This document shows positions 8,967-18,021 of a stretch of 32,000 nucleotides of DNA, in pieces. The stretch covers positions 660,001-692,000 of the forward strand of contig NC_017080.1 in NCBI RefSeq assembly GCF_000284115.1. The letters are read 5' to 3'. This DNA comes from Phycisphaera mikurensis NBRC 102666 (GTDB lineage: Bacteria; Planctomycetota; Phycisphaerae; Phycisphaerales; Phycisphaeraceae). The position numbers and the translations under genes were made by a program. The stretch's first letter is position 1. Each line of letters begins with the position of its first letter. Below the pieces are notes generated by a model, which did not search any database, had not been told where the DNA came from, and worked only from the letters and a program-made list of their open reading frames with translations.

Positions 8967-9154
8967 CCCCGCAACGTAGCCGGCGGCGGCGCACCACGCC
9001 CGGCTTCCGGGGCGCCTCCGCGGGCGGGTCGTGCGCCCCGCTCCGTCGGCCGCGTCGCCCCGCGGAGGCGGGGTGGCTCCGTCTTCTCGCGAAGGACACA
9101 CCCCGCGGACGCAGGCCGATCCGGAAGCGGCGCACGATGCTCTAGCTTCTCCGC

Positions 9155-9655
9155 ATGGATCAGCCGCGACGACGGAACCTGCACTTCCAGAAGCTCGACG
9201 ACCTCGTCGCCGACGCCCGGGCGGTCGCCCTGCACCCGCACGAAACCACCGGGAACTGGAACGCCTCGCAGATCCTGCTGCACGTCGCGGCGCTGATCGG
9301 CGTGGCCAACCGCGGGACCGACGTCCGCCTGCCGCTGCCGGTCCGGCTCGTGGGGAAGGCGTTGAGAGCGTTCGGGATCCACCGCCGCGAGATCCGCGCC
9401 GGGATCAAGGCGCCACCGGCGCTGATGGCAGAGAACGACGCCAACGCTTGCGTGCCGGTGGAGGAGGCGGTGGCCACGCTGGAGCGCGAGGTGGCCGAGG
9501 CCCAGGCCAAGCCGATGTCGCACCCGAGCCCGCTCTTCGGGAAGCTCAGCCACGACGACTGGGTGGCCCTGCACTGCCGCCACGCCGAGCTGCACTTCTC
9601 GTTCCTCCAGCCGACGCCCGATCCGGTCGCGGGTGCGCCGACCGGCGGCGGCTGA
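9155..9655 (+). CDS. DinB/DUF1569-like protein
   Basis: MDQPRRRNLHFQKLDDLVADARAV...TGNWNASQILLHVAALIGVANRG...SHPSPLFGKLSHDDWVALHCRHAELHFSFL. Confidence 0.7.
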   Translation: MDQPRRRNLHFQKLDDLVADARAVALHPHETTGNWNASQILLHVAALIGVANRGTDVRLPLPVRLVGKALRAFGIHRREIRAGIKAPPALMAENDANACVPVEEAVATLEREVAEAQAKPMSHPSPLFGKLSHDDWVALHCRHAELHFSFLQPTPDPVAGAPTGGG

Positions 9656-9665
9656 ACCGACTTCT

Positions 9666-11063
9666 TCAGCCTCTGGCCGTTTTGCGGTACGCCGCCTGCA
9701 TCGCCGCCGAGACGGTCGGGTAGGTCAGCACGGCGTCGCAGAGCCGGCTCTGCGAGCAGCCCTCGTGGATCGCGACCGCGAAGACGTTGACGACCTCCTC
9801 GCTCTCGGGCCCGGCGAGGTGGGCGCCGATCAGGCGGCGATCGGCGTCGAAGATCAGCTTGTAGAAGGCGTGCTCCACGCCGAGCTGGCGGTAGAACTTC
9901 TTGGTGGTGAGGTCGCCGCTGGCGACGTGGAGGGCGCCGCCGTGGGCGCGGCGTGCGTCGGCTTCGGTGAGGCCGACCGAGGCGAGCGTCGGCGTGGTGA
10001 AGGCCACGGTGGCGATCGGCTGGTCCTCCACCTCGAGCAGGGCCCCTCCGTTCGCGGCGGCGGCGAGATTCTTCACCAGCACCCGGGCGTCGGCCACCGC
10101 GGTGGGGATGAGCGCGGGCCGGCCGGTGTCGGCCACGTCGCCCCCGGCCCAGACGCGCGGGTTGCCGGGGCTCCGCAGGGTCGCGTCGACCTTCACGCCC
10201 GCCGCGCCCGCCTCCACGCCCGCCGCCTCCAGCCCGAGGCCGTCGACCGAAGCGACGCGGCCGGTGGCGTTGACCACCAGGTCCGCGACCGCGGCGGGTG
10301 CGTCCGCGTCGGTGAAGACCGCGACGCCGTCGCCGCGGGGCTCCAGCCGGGTCGCCCGCGCCCCGGCGACCAGCCGCACGCCGTGGGGGCCGAGTGTCGG
10401 CAGCGCCGCCTCGAGCACCGCGACGGCGTCGGCGTCGAAGCCGGTGAGCGGGTGCTCCCGCGAGCCGATCACCACGACCTCGCGGCCGGCGAGGGCCGCC
10501 GCGCACGCGAACTCCATCCCGATGTAGCCCGAGCCGATCATCGCGACGCGCGGCGGCAGGTCGTCGAGCTCCAGGAAGGCGTCGGAGTCGATCGCCAGCG
10601 CCCCGCCGGGGATCTCCAGCGGGCGGGGGTGCTGGCCGGTCGCGACCACCACGGCTCCGGCCCGCACCTCCCGGCCGTCGCTGAGGCGCAGCGTGTCCGG
10701 CCCGGTGAAGGCGGCGGTGCCGGCGTGCAGCTCCACCCCCGCCGCCGCGAGGTCCTGGCGCGTCCGCGGGTCGGTCACACGCGTGAAGCTCTTCTTGAAG
10801 GCGGCCGTTCTCGACCAGTCCATCGAGAGCTCGCCGACGACCCCGCCGCCCGCCGCCTGCAGCCGCTGCACCGCGTGCACCACCGCGGCGGCGTGGACGT
10901 ACGGCTTCTTCGCGTCGCAGCCGCGGTTGGGGCAGGTGCCGCCGAAGTCGCCGGCCTCGACGAGCAGCACGCTGCACCCGCGCTCGCGGCCGTTGTAGGC
11001 GGCGGTCTGCCCCACCGCCCCGGAACCCAGGACGACCCGATCGAAGGCGTGCGTGCGGCTCAT
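9666..11063 (-). CDS. NAD(P)/FAD-dependent disulfide oxidoreductase (glutathione reductase / dihydrolipoamide dehydrogenase class)
   Basis: DRVVLGSGAVGQTAAYNGRERGCSVLLVEAGDFGGTCPNRGCDAKKP...MIGSGYIGMEFACAAALAGREVVVIG...NPRVWAGGDVAD...C-terminal dimerisation domain. Confidence 0.88.
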   Translation of the reverse strand: MSRTHAFDRVVLGSGAVGQTAAYNGRERGCSVLLVEAGDFGGTCPNRGCDAKKPYVHAAAVVHAVQRLQAAGGGVVGELSMDWSRTAAFKKSFTRVTDPRTRQDLAAAGVELHAGTAAFTGPDTLRLSDGREVRAGAVVVATGQHPRPLEIPGGALAIDSDAFLELDDLPPRVAMIGSGYIGMEFACAAALAGREVVVIGSREHPLTGFDADAVAVLEAALPTLGPHGVRLVAGARATRLEPRGDGVAVFTDADAPAAVADLVVNATGRVASVDGLGLEAAGVEAGAAGVKVDATLRSPGNPRVWAGGDVADTGRPALIPTAVADARVLVKNLAAAANGGALLEVEDQPIATVAFTTPTLASVGLTEADARRAHGGALHVASGDLTTKKFYRQLGVEHAFYKLIFDADRRLIGAHLAGPESEEVVNVFAVAIHEGCSQSRLCDAVLTYPTVSAAMQAAYRKTARG

Positions 11064-11134
11064 CGGCCGAAGCTAGCCGCCGCGGCGGCGGCCCGTCTTG
11101 CGGCGACCGCAGCGGCGAGGCCGCCGGCTCCCGC

Positions 11135-12604
11135 TCAGGACGCGTCCGCGTCCGGCGGCGTCGCCTCCCGCGTCACGGTCGCCTGGCCGGGCACGCCGAG
11201 GCGGCCCAGCGCGGCGGCGTCGGCGGTGAAGCCGACCGTCTTGGCGTCCCAGTGCTTGTAGGTGTGGCAGGTGCCCCGCATCCACAGCAGCGCCGTGTCG
11301 CCGCCGGGCCGACGCGGCACGACCGGCCGGGTGTTGTCCTCGGCGGAATCCCAGGTCACCGGCGTCCAGGCCCAGCTCGCGCCGCCGTCGCCGGTGACGC
11401 CCTTGAAGATCTCGTAGCGGTCGAGCTTGGCGTCGTCGCGCGGGTCCACCGGCGTGGAGACGAAGATCAGGTCGGGGTTCTCGGGGTGCAGCGCGACCAG
11501 GCCGGTGTAGTCGTTCTCGGCTTTGTAGAGGTAGCCGCCGGCGCGGGCGACCTCGTGGACGGCCCAGGACGAGCCGTCGTGGCGGGCGTAGAAGAAGCGG
11601 TGGTCGCCGTCGTCGTCCCGCGCCCGGGCGCTGAAGACGGTCCAGGGGTTGCCGTCGTCGTCCACGTCCAGGTCGATCGTCCAGCCGCGGTGCATCGGCA
11701 CGCCGGCGAAGCGCTGGCCGGGCGTGAGCAGGGCGGTGAAGTCGGCGGCGTGGTGCGGGCTCCGGGGCTCGCGGGCCAGCGGGCCGAGCACGGTGCCGCC
11801 GGAGGCCTCGAGCTTGCCCGCCCGCAGCACCCCGTGGTAGACGCCGTTGTCCTCGTCGCGCGGGTGGCCGTCGGTCGTCGTGAAGTGCACGCTGCCGTCG
11901 GCGCCGGGCGCGTACTTGACGTAGGGCCGCTGGTTCCCCGCGCCGTTGCCGTCGGGCCCGGTGAGCAGCTTCCCGCCGTAGGTCCAGGTGCCGCCGTCGT
12001 CCTCGGAGACGAACCAGTTGGGGTCGTACCCGTTGGACCGGGCGAAGTTGAGGAGCCGCGTCCGCCCGTCGGCCATCTTCGCCGGGACGATGTTGCTGTA
12101 GCAGATCTCGGCGTTGTGCCGCATCTGCTTCTCCTGGGACCAGGCCGTCGGATCGTGCGGGTTCGTTGACACCCGGTAGCGGATGAGGTTCTCGCCCCAG
12201 TGCCGCGCGTACAGCGCGACGTAGCGCCCGTCGGCCCGGACGTGGATCGCGGCGCTGTTGTGGTCGTCCGGCGGCATGCCGGTGTTGAGCGTGAAGGCGC
12301 CGGTCTGGCCGGTTGCGAGGTTCCGCCAGAGCAGGTCGATGTCGCCGCGACCGGGCGTGCCCTCGGGCCCGAAGCCGACCGTCGACGCCAGCAGGATCGG
12401 GCCCCCGGGCGCGTCGTCGTCGATCACCACGCGCTCGTCCTGATACCAGCACCAGGCGCCCCCGGTGTCGGGCCGCTCGGACGTGAGGTCAAACACTTCG
12501 GGGACCGCGTTCACCGCGGCAGCGTAAGCCGTTCCCGTGGCGACCGGCAGGAGCGTGCCGGAGGCCAGGAGGAGCGCGAGAGCGGGAAGCAGAGGCAGGC
12601 GCAT
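11135..12604 (-). CDS. secreted BNR-repeat / sialidase-like protein
   Basis: Signal peptide MRLPLLPALLLLASGTLLPVATGTAYAAAV; WCWYQDERVVIDDDAPGGPILLASTVG...YNPNWFVSEDDGGTWTYGGKLL-like repeats. Confidence 0.75.
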   Translation of the reverse strand: MRLPLLPALALLLASGTLLPVATGTAYAAAVNAVPEVFDLTSERPDTGGAWCWYQDERVVIDDDAPGGPILLASTVGFGPEGTPGRGDIDLLWRNLATGQTGAFTLNTGMPPDDHNSAAIHVRADGRYVALYARHWGENLIRYRVSTNPHDPTAWSQEKQMRHNAEICYSNIVPAKMADGRTRLLNFARSNGYDPNWFVSEDDGGTWTYGGKLLTGPDGNGAGNQRPYVKYAPGADGSVHFTTTDGHPRDEDNGVYHGVLRAGKLEASGGTVLGPLAREPRSPHHAADFTALLTPGQRFAGVPMHRGWTIDLDVDDDGNPWTVFSARARDDDGDHRFFYARHDGSSWAVHEVARAGGYLYKAENDYTGLVALHPENPDLIFVSTPVDPRDDAKLDRYEIFKGVTGDGGASWAWTPVTWDSAEDNTRPVVPRRPGGDTALLWMRGTCHTYKHWDAKTVGFTADAAALGRLGVPGQATVTREATPPDADAS

Positions 12605-12683
12605 GAGCGGATTCCGGAAGGATGGGAAGCGGTCGAATGTCACATGTTAACTAAAGGACCATCCCGCACCGGCCGCCGCCCGG

Positions 12684-12729
12684 CCGCGGACCGCCGCGCC
12701 CGCCGGTCGCTCGGCCTCGCGGTCCGCGG
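12684..12729. repeat. 46-bp dispersed inverted-repeat element, copy 2
   Basis: CCGCGGACCG 12684-12693, CGGTCCGCGG 12720-12729, 26-bp spacer; divergent intergenic region. Confidence 0.85.
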
Positions 12730-12852
12730 CCCCGCCCGCCGCCCGCCGCCCGCCGCGCGTACCCTCGGCCCCTCGCCCACCCGCGGAGCGGACCCCTGCC
12801 AAGCCAAGCCCGGTGGGCCGCCACCGCCTACCTCAAGAAGTCCGCCGAGGCG

Positions 12853-14091
12853 ATGCCGGAGCTGCAGCCCGCCGAACCGGCCGCGCTGGGCGAGGGGCTC
12901 TCGCCCGCCGACGCCCGGCTCGCGCTCGCGATCGTGCGGACCGTGCACCAGCGTTGGCTGACGCTGGGGCCGCTGCTGCAGTCGGTCGGCTGCCCGGCGG
13001 TGTCGACGCTGTCGCCGGGGCTGCAGGCCGTGCTGCTCGGCGCCGCCGCCCAGCTGCTGTTCTTCGACCGGCTGCCCGCCCGCGCCGTCGTCCACGAGGC
13101 GGTGGACCTCGCCCGGCGCTTCGCCAATCCCAACGCCGCCGGCTTCGTCAACGCGGTGCTGCGCGCGCTGGACGAGGCGGTGATGTCGTCGCCCGAGGCG
13201 ACGGGCGAGCCCTGGACGCCGGGGAGGTCCCGGCTGCCGGTGGACCCGCGTGGCGGCCAGGCCCTCACCTCCCGCCCGCTCTGGGGCGACCTGCTCCCCG
13301 ACCCGTCGAACCCGGTGCGGCACCTCGCCGCCGCGTGCAGCCTGCCGCGGCCGCTGGTCCGCGCGCTGGTCGAGGCCCACGGCCCCGAGGCCGCCGCGGG
13401 CGTCGCCGCGGCGGCGGTCCGGCGGCCCCCGGTCTTCGTGGCCGAGGGCACCGGTCCGCCCGAGCGGTACGACGGTGCGCCCGTCTGGCTCGCCGCCCAC
13501 CTCGCCGAGAACCCCGCCCGCCGCGTGCAGGACCCGGCGTCGGCGCTCGCGGTGGCCGCGACCGCGGGCTTGACGCCGCGGAGGGTCCTGGACCTCTGCG
13601 CCGGCCGCGGCACCAAGACCCGGCAGCTGCTCGCGACCCACCCCGACGCCGAGGTGTCGGCCTGGGACCCCGACGCGGAGCGTGCCCGCGACCTGGCGGC
13701 GATCCCCGGCGTGGACGTCGGCGAACCGGCGGCCGACGCGCGTTTCGACCTCGTCCTGCTCGACGTCCCGTGCACGAACACCGGCGTGCTCGCCCGCCGG
13801 CCCGAGGCCCGCTACCGCTGGAGCGCCCGGCGGCTCGCCTCGCTGGTCGCCCTGCAGCGCGAGATCCTCACCCGCGGCGCCGGGTTCGTCGCCCCCGGCG
13901 GGCACCTGCTCTACAGCACCTGCTCGGTGGATCCCGCGGAGAACCAGGAGCAGGCGGCGTGGCTCCTGGGCCAGCCCGCGGGCGCACGCTTCGCGCCCGT
14001 GGGCGAGCGCCTGCGCCTGCCCGGCGGCGTGGGCGAGGCCTACGCGGACGGCAGTTACCATTCGCTCTTCTGCGCGGGGTCCCGACCATGA
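12853..14091 (+). CDS. RsmB/NOL1/NOP2-family RNA (cytosine-5) methyltransferase with NusB-like N-terminus
   Basis: RAVVHEAVDLARRFANPNAAGFVNAVLRA (NusB-like); RVLDLCAGRGTKTRQLLATH...FDLVLLDVPCTNTGVLARRPEARYRW...LLYSTCSVDPAENQEQ. The true start may be upstream of this ATG. Confidence 0.88.
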   Translation: MPELQPAEPAALGEGLSPADARLALAIVRTVHQRWLTLGPLLQSVGCPAVSTLSPGLQAVLLGAAAQLLFFDRLPARAVVHEAVDLARRFANPNAAGFVNAVLRALDEAVMSSPEATGEPWTPGRSRLPVDPRGGQALTSRPLWGDLLPDPSNPVRHLAAACSLPRPLVRALVEAHGPEAAAGVAAAAVRRPPVFVAEGTGPPERYDGAPVWLAAHLAENPARRVQDPASALAVAATAGLTPRRVLDLCAGRGTKTRQLLATHPDAEVSAWDPDAERARDLAAIPGVDVGEPAADARFDLVLLDVPCTNTGVLARRPEARYRWSARRLASLVALQREILTRGAGFVAPGGHLLYSTCSVDPAENQEQAAWLLGQPAGARFAPVGERLRLPGGVGEAYADGSYHSLFCAGSRP

Positions 14092-14522
14092 CCGACAGCA
14101 CCGAGCCACTCGTCCTGATGGAGCTCTCGCGGGTGTTGATCCGCGAGACCGAGGACACGCACTTCCTGGAGCTCCGCGAGGCCGAGCCCGACGCCGACCA
14201 CGAGGCGCGGACCTTCCCGATCGTCATCGGCTTCACGGAGGCCGCCGCCATCGAGCGGCGGCTGATGGGGCAGACGCCCGAGCGGCCGCAGACCCACGAG
14301 CTGCTCTCCGCGGTCATCGAGCGGCTCAACCACGTGCTCGACCGCGTCGTCATCAACGACTTGCACGACCAGACCTTCTTCGCCCGCGTCCACCTGCGGC
14401 ACCGCGGCAGCGGCGAGGTGGTCGAACTGGACGCCCGGCCCAGTGACGCGATCGCGCTGTCGGCGGACCGCGAGACGCCGATCTTCGTGGCCGAGCACGT
14501 GCTCTCGCACGTCAACGCCTAG
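14088..14522 (+). CDS. bifunctional nuclease (BFN) domain protein
   Basis: TFPIVIGFTEAAAIERRLMGQTPERPQTHELLSAVIERLNHVLDRVVINDLHDQTFFARVHL...LDARPSDAIALSADRETPIFVAEHVL; ATGA start/stop overlap with the upstream gene. Confidence 0.85.
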   Translation: MTDSTEPLVLMELSRVLIRETEDTHFLELREAEPDADHEARTFPIVIGFTEAAAIERRLMGQTPERPQTHELLSAVIERLNHVLDRVVINDLHDQTFFARVHLRHRGSGEVVELDARPSDAIALSADRETPIFVAEHVLSHVNA

Positions 14523-14578
14523 CGCGCCAAGCTCGGTCAAGACGCGGCGCAGCATCCGGCCGCGGTAGCGTCCCGCCC

Positions 14579-15730
14579 ATGTCCGACCGCATCGCCGGCG
14601 CCCTGCTGCTCTCTGCCTACGGCGACGCCGCCGGGCTGCCGCACGAGGCGGGCGGGGGGCTGGACGGGGAGGCCGGCGACCCCGCGCGCGAGCCGCTGCC
14701 GGTCGTCGACACGTTCCGCGAGGCGGCGGCGGAGCCCTGGGGCGTGTGGTTCCCGCCGGAGGAGACGGCGGGGCTGCGGGGGGTGGTCAGCGACGACACG
14801 GCGACGAAGATCCGGCTCACCGAGCCCTGGCTGCGGTCGCGCCCGGACCGGTGGGCACCGGAGGCGAGGGACGCGCTGGGCGGCTTTGGGGCGCGAGCGG
14901 AGCCCGACCGGTCCGGAGAGTTCCGGGCGTGGCTGGCGGACCTCGTCCGCCCGGACCCGCCCCGCCCGGTGCCGGAGGTGGCGGCGGCGCAGGCCAGCGA
15001 CTGGATCGCCATGTTCGCGGCGCAGGAAGCCCGCACCCCCGGCCGGACCGTCTTCTACGAACCGGGCGTGCCGGTGGTCTTCGGCCCCTTCCTCTACCAG
15101 GGTCTCGCGCTCTCGCCCGCTTCCGCGGCGGCGCCGCTGAAGCGGGTCTTCGACCGCTTCGCCGGGATCTGCGCCCTCGACGAGGGCATCGCCAAGAGCG
15201 TCACCGGCGTCTTCGCCGCGCTCACCGCGGCCGCCGTGGACGCCCCGCACGACGCCGTGCCCTTCGACCCCTGGCTCCGCGGCACCCTCGAGCACCTCCG
15301 CGGCGTCGTCCGCGGGAGCCCGGGCGCCGACGAGCTCGTCGGCCGGATCGATGGGCTGCTCGGGGTTCGCTCCCTCGGCGGCGACCCCGAGGCCTTTCTC
15401 GCGTGGATGAAGTCCGGGCTCTACGACCACCCCGAGCGGGCACCCCGCCACGGCCTCAAGCCCTTCGACAGCCTGCTCCAGCTCAGCCAGGTCCTCGCCT
15501 GCCTGCTCCACGGCCGCGGCGACGCCGCCGCCACGATGGCCGTCGCCACCAACGTGCCCGGCGATGCCGACACGGTGGCCGCCTCCCTTGGGCTGATCCT
15601 CGGCGCCTGGCACGGCCGCGACGCGCTCATGAACAGCGGCCTCGCCGGGGGCCTCGCCGCCGTCGGGGCCACCACGCAGCGCCTCTTCGGCGTCGCGCTG
15701 AGCGAACGCGTCGCCGCCTACACGCCCTAG
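14579..15730 (+). CDS. ADP-ribosylglycohydrolase family protein
   Basis: MSDRIAGALLLSAYGDAAGLPHE...VVSDDTATKIRL...ATMAVATNVPGDADTVAASLGLILGAWHGRDAL. Confidence 0.8.
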   Translation: MSDRIAGALLLSAYGDAAGLPHEAGGGLDGEAGDPAREPLPVVDTFREAAAEPWGVWFPPEETAGLRGVVSDDTATKIRLTEPWLRSRPDRWAPEARDALGGFGARAEPDRSGEFRAWLADLVRPDPPRPVPEVAAAQASDWIAMFAAQEARTPGRTVFYEPGVPVVFGPFLYQGLALSPASAAAPLKRVFDRFAGICALDEGIAKSVTGVFAALTAAAVDAPHDAVPFDPWLRGTLEHLRGVVRGSPGADELVGRIDGLLGVRSLGGDPEAFLAWMKSGLYDHPERAPRHGLKPFDSLLQLSQVLACLLHGRGDAAATMAVATNVPGDADTVAASLGLILGAWHGRDALMNSGLAGGLAAVGATTQRLFGVALSERVAAYTP

Positions 15731-15804
15731 CGCACCGCGCGTCCTCGCCGGATCGGTGAGCGCCCGCAGAGGCGATCCCGGGAAGGATGCACGGTGCGCT
15801 CCGA

Positions 15805-15850
15805 CCGCGGACCGCGAGCCTTCGCACCGGAAAACGACGACGGTCCGCGG
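15805..15850. repeat. 46-bp dispersed inverted-repeat element, copy 3
   Basis: CCGCGGACCG 15805-15814, CGGTCCGCGG 15841-15850, 26-bp spacer; convergent intergenic region; outer GGTGCG / CGCACC also complementary. Confidence 0.85.
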
Positions 15851-15911
15851 CGCACCGGCGGTGCGGGGGCCTCCGGCCCGGTGGATCGCGGCCGGCTCGA
15901 GGCGGAACCCC

Positions 15912-16766
15912 TCAGCGGCCCGCCAGCTCTTCTTTCATCTGGGTGTCGGCGACGAGGATCCGCCCGCACGAGGGGCAGTGGGTCAGCTCGTCGGGCCGGC
16001 TCAGCGTCGCGTTGACGGCCTGCACGGGCAGGCTCATGTAGCAGCCGCCGCAGGTGTACTCCATCCGCTTGCGGTCCTGCTCCTCGATGCCGCAGACGGC
16101 CTCGCCCTCGGTGTCTTCCTGCAGCCGGTCGTAGGTCCTGCGGATCTCCTCGGGCACCTCCGCGGCGGCCCGGTCGCGGTCGGCCTCGACGTCGCCCAGC
16201 CGGTCGCCCACCTCGGCGGTGGCCTCGGCGATCTCCGTCTCCGCTTCGCTCACCAGCTGCTTCTGCTCGGCCACCCTCTCCTGGGTCTTGCCCGCCTCGT
16301 TCGTCAGCGACTCGATGCGGCCCATCTGGTCGAGGGCGAGCGACTCGAGCTTGCCCTGCTGGATCTTGAGGTTGTTGACCTCCACCGAGAGGGCGCTGAA
16401 GGCTTTCGGGTCGCTGGTGTTCTGCAGCTGTTCCCGCAGCTTCTTCACACGCGCCTCGCTGTCCGAGGCCTCGCCCTCGAGCGTCGACGCGTGGGCCTTG
16501 GCCTTCTTCAGCTCCTCCGTCCGCTCGCGGTGCTGCTCCTCGAGCTGCGCCAGCCGCTCCTGTTGCAGGTCGCGGCGGCGGGTCGCGGCGTCGAGGCGGC
16601 GGCGGAGGGAGCGGACGTTGGAGTCCTTCTCAAAGAGCGTGGAAAGTTGGTCTTGCAGGGTCAAAGCGGGCTCCAAGGCGGGGGGCGTCAGTGTAGAGCC
16701 GTTGGGGCCGCACGCGGGCGGCTGGGGCGGCTTGGCAAGCCTCCACGGCGTCGATACACTCCCCAC
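15912..16766 (-). CDS. coiled-coil protein with C-terminal C4-type zinc ribbon (start uncertain)
   Basis: LTLQDQLSTLFEKDSNVRSLRRRLDAATRRRDLQQERLAQLEEQ...YTCGGCYMSLPVQAVNATLSRPDELTHCPSCGRILV. Confidence 0.8.
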   Translation of the reverse strand: MGSVSTPWRLAKPPQPPACGPNGSTLTPPALEPALTLQDQLSTLFEKDSNVRSLRRRLDAATRRRDLQQERLAQLEEQHRERTEELKKAKAHASTLEGEASDSEARVKKLREQLQNTSDPKAFSALSVEVNNLKIQQGKLESLALDQMGRIESLTNEAGKTQERVAEQKQLVSEAETEIAEATAEVGDRLGDVEADRDRAAAEVPEEIRRTYDRLQEDTEGEAVCGIEEQDRKRMEYTCGGCYMSLPVQAVNATLSRPDELTHCPSCGRILVADTQMKEELAGR

Positions 16767-16803
16767 CCGACGCCCGGCGGCGGCCCCCTCCGCGAGGAAC
16801 CCC

Positions 16804-16876
16804 GGGGCCTTAGCTCAGCTGGGAGAGCGCTTGTATGGCATACAAGAGGTCAGGAGTTCGATCCTCCTAGGCTCCA
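16804..16876 (+). tRNA. tRNA-Ala(GGC), 3' CCA not encoded
   Basis: Cloverleaf by eye: GGGGCCT/AGGCTCC acceptor, GCTC-AGCTGGGA-GAGC D-arm, CTTGT-AT(GGC)AT-ACAAG anticodon arm, AGGAG-TTCGATC-CTCCT T-arm. Confidence 0.96.
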
Positions 16877-16900
16877 CTCGCCTCCGGGTGTCGAATCAAG

Positions 16901-16932
16901 GGACCGCCGCCCGGCTTGCCGGGCGGCGGTCC
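16901..16932 (+). terminator. hairpin downstream of tRNA-Ala
   Basis: GGACCGCCGCCCGGC-tt-GCCGGGCGGCGGTCC, perfect 15-bp arms, 24 nt after the tRNA; no T-tract. Confidence 0.5.
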
Positions 16933-17003
16933 TGCACGCCCCTGCCGCCCTCCGGGAGGACCGGGATTCCCCGGGGTGCCGGATCCGGTGCGCCCGGCGT
17001 AGG

Positions 17004-17978
17004 GTGGCACGCTTGGAGCAGCTCGGCTACCACGCCCGCGCGGCACGCCGCGGATCGGAGATCGACGCCGAGGCGGCGACCGCCATCGTTCGGCGCCACC
17101 TCGGGCACCTTGGCGACGGCCTGACGGTCATCCGCCAGCGGAAGCTGTACGGCGGTTCGATCAATCGGGTGATCGAGTGGACGGTCCGCGACGCGACCGG
17201 GCGCGACCGCCCGCTCGTCGCGAAGGTGAACAACCTCAGGAGCGCGAAGCTGTTCCGCCGCGAGATGGCGTCGCTGGAGGTCTACCGCACCCAGACGGAC
17301 CTGCCGGTGCCCCGGCCGCTCGCGTACCTGGAGGACGAACCCGAGTTCGACGGATCGGGCCTGCTGATGCAGCGCATCGACGGCGTGAATCTCTCCGAGG
17401 CGAAGGTGACGCCCGCGGGCATGCGGCTGCTCCAGCGGGACCTCGCCGGTCACGTGGTCGCCCTCCACAGCCACCACCGAAGCGCCTACGGCACCGCGCT
17501 GGAGCCGACCGGCCCGCGTCGCTGGCTCGACAGCTTCGGCCCGGTCATCGGCGAGGAGTTCTTCCGCGTCCGCGACGCGATCCCCTCCGCGACCCGCGAG
17601 GTCATCGACGACATTGTGAAGAACCTCGAGGTCTGGCTGCCCGAGCAGAGCACGCCGACGCTGGTCCACGGCGACCTGTGGTCGAACAACATCCTCGTCG
17701 ACGACCGCCACCCCGACCGGCCGGAGATCCTCGCCTTCATCGACGTCTCGGCGAGTTACTGCGACCCGGAGTACGAGCTGGCCTACCTGCGGATGTTCCA
17801 GACGGCCGACGATTCCTTCTTCGAGCGCTACCGCCGCCGCCACCCGCTCCGCTCGGGCTTCTCCCGCCGCTGCCGCGTGTACTGGCTGAACACGATGATG
17901 ATGCACGTCCGCGTGTTCGGCGACCGGTACCTGCCGCAGCTCGAGGACATCGTCCGGCAGATCCGGACGCTGGGCTGA
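17004..17978 (+). CDS. aminoglycoside phosphotransferase / fructosamine kinase-like protein (GTG start proposed)
   Basis: IRQRKLYGGSINRVIEWTVRD...PLVAKVNN...FRREMASLEVYRTQTDLPVPRPLAYLED...PTLVHGDLWSNNILVDD...AFIDVSASYCDPEYELAYLRMF. Confidence 0.83.
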   Translation: MARLEQLGYHARAARRGSEIDAEAATAIVRRHLGHLGDGLTVIRQRKLYGGSINRVIEWTVRDATGRDRPLVAKVNNLRSAKLFRREMASLEVYRTQTDLPVPRPLAYLEDEPEFDGSGLLMQRIDGVNLSEAKVTPAGMRLLQRDLAGHVVALHSHHRSAYGTALEPTGPRRWLDSFGPVIGEEFFRVRDAIPSATREVIDDIVKNLEVWLPEQSTPTLVHGDLWSNNILVDDRHPDRPEILAFIDVSASYCDPEYELAYLRMFQTADDSFFERYRRRHPLRSGFSRRCRVYWLNTMMMHVRVFGDRYLPQLEDIVRQIRTLG

Positions 17979-18021
17979 CACGACCGCGCTTCTCTGCCCG
18001 CTCCGGCGAGCTCCCCATCGG

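Noticed and set aside
9103-9111. Partial arm CCGCGGACG upstream of the DinB-like gene
   Set aside because: Imperfect and without a complementary arm at the expected distance.
12730-12765. Short GCCGCCC direct repeats next to element copy 2
   Set aside because: Simple GC-rich low-complexity sequence; no support for function.
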